The notes under the pieces are model-generated. The model did not search any database. It worked only from the letters and a program-made list of their open reading frames with translations, and had not been told where the DNA came from. A stretch of DNA of 64,000 nt from a virus (lineage: Duplodnaviria > Caudoviricetes): IMG/VR virus record IMGVR_UViG_3300050159_000048, one strand, 5' to 3'. Of the stretch, positions 63,996-64,000 are shown one piece after another. A program made the position numbers and the translations under genes. How positions within the stretch are numbered: the first letter of the stretch is position 1; every line of letters starts with the position of its first letter.

Positions 63996-64000
63996 CATCT

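Noticed and set aside
1-64000. Stop-codon reassignment
   Set aside because: Long conserved genes are intact in code 11 and TAA, TGA and TAG all end credible genes; the few in-frame stops (28289, 28328, 52050) are isolated.
1-64000. CRISPR array, rRNA, integrase or IS element
   Set aside because: No regularly spaced repeats, rRNA signatures, recombinase or transposase motifs were seen.

Overview
This 64 kb window looks like part of a large lytic, T4-related (jumbo-type) myovirus genome, probably infecting a proteobacterium (inference). It runs from baseplate/virion genes (1-11.9 kb, including PAAR) through replication genes (RNase H, clamp, family B polymerase, helicase, primase, two topoisomerase II subunits, NAD-dependent ligase). 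It also carries nucleotide and cofactor metabolism (nrdAB, dCMP deaminase, thyA, DHFR, prs, nadM-Nudix, coaE-coaD), lysis genes, anti-defence and RNA-repair genes (Acb1, RNA ligase, Thg1, Pth2-like, MazG) and four free-standing endonucleases. Reading the DNA directly shows several features the ORF track misses. (1) A circularly permuted two-piece tmRNA gene with tag ANDAFYGEMRLAA, next to a ClpP-like gene. (2) ligA split into two separately initiated genes around an inserted antisense endonuclease. (3) A coupled phosphoesterase-coaE-coaD operon that could rebuild CoA. (4) A ~900 nt GNRA-rich ncRNA (GOLLD/ROOL-like) with a boxB-boxA leader. (5) An unassigned ~360 nt structured RNA. (6) Orphan 5' gene stubs left by endonuclease insertions. 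(7) A GC-rich beta-helix module spliced into a late gene. All family assignments come from motif recognition by eye; no database searches were run.
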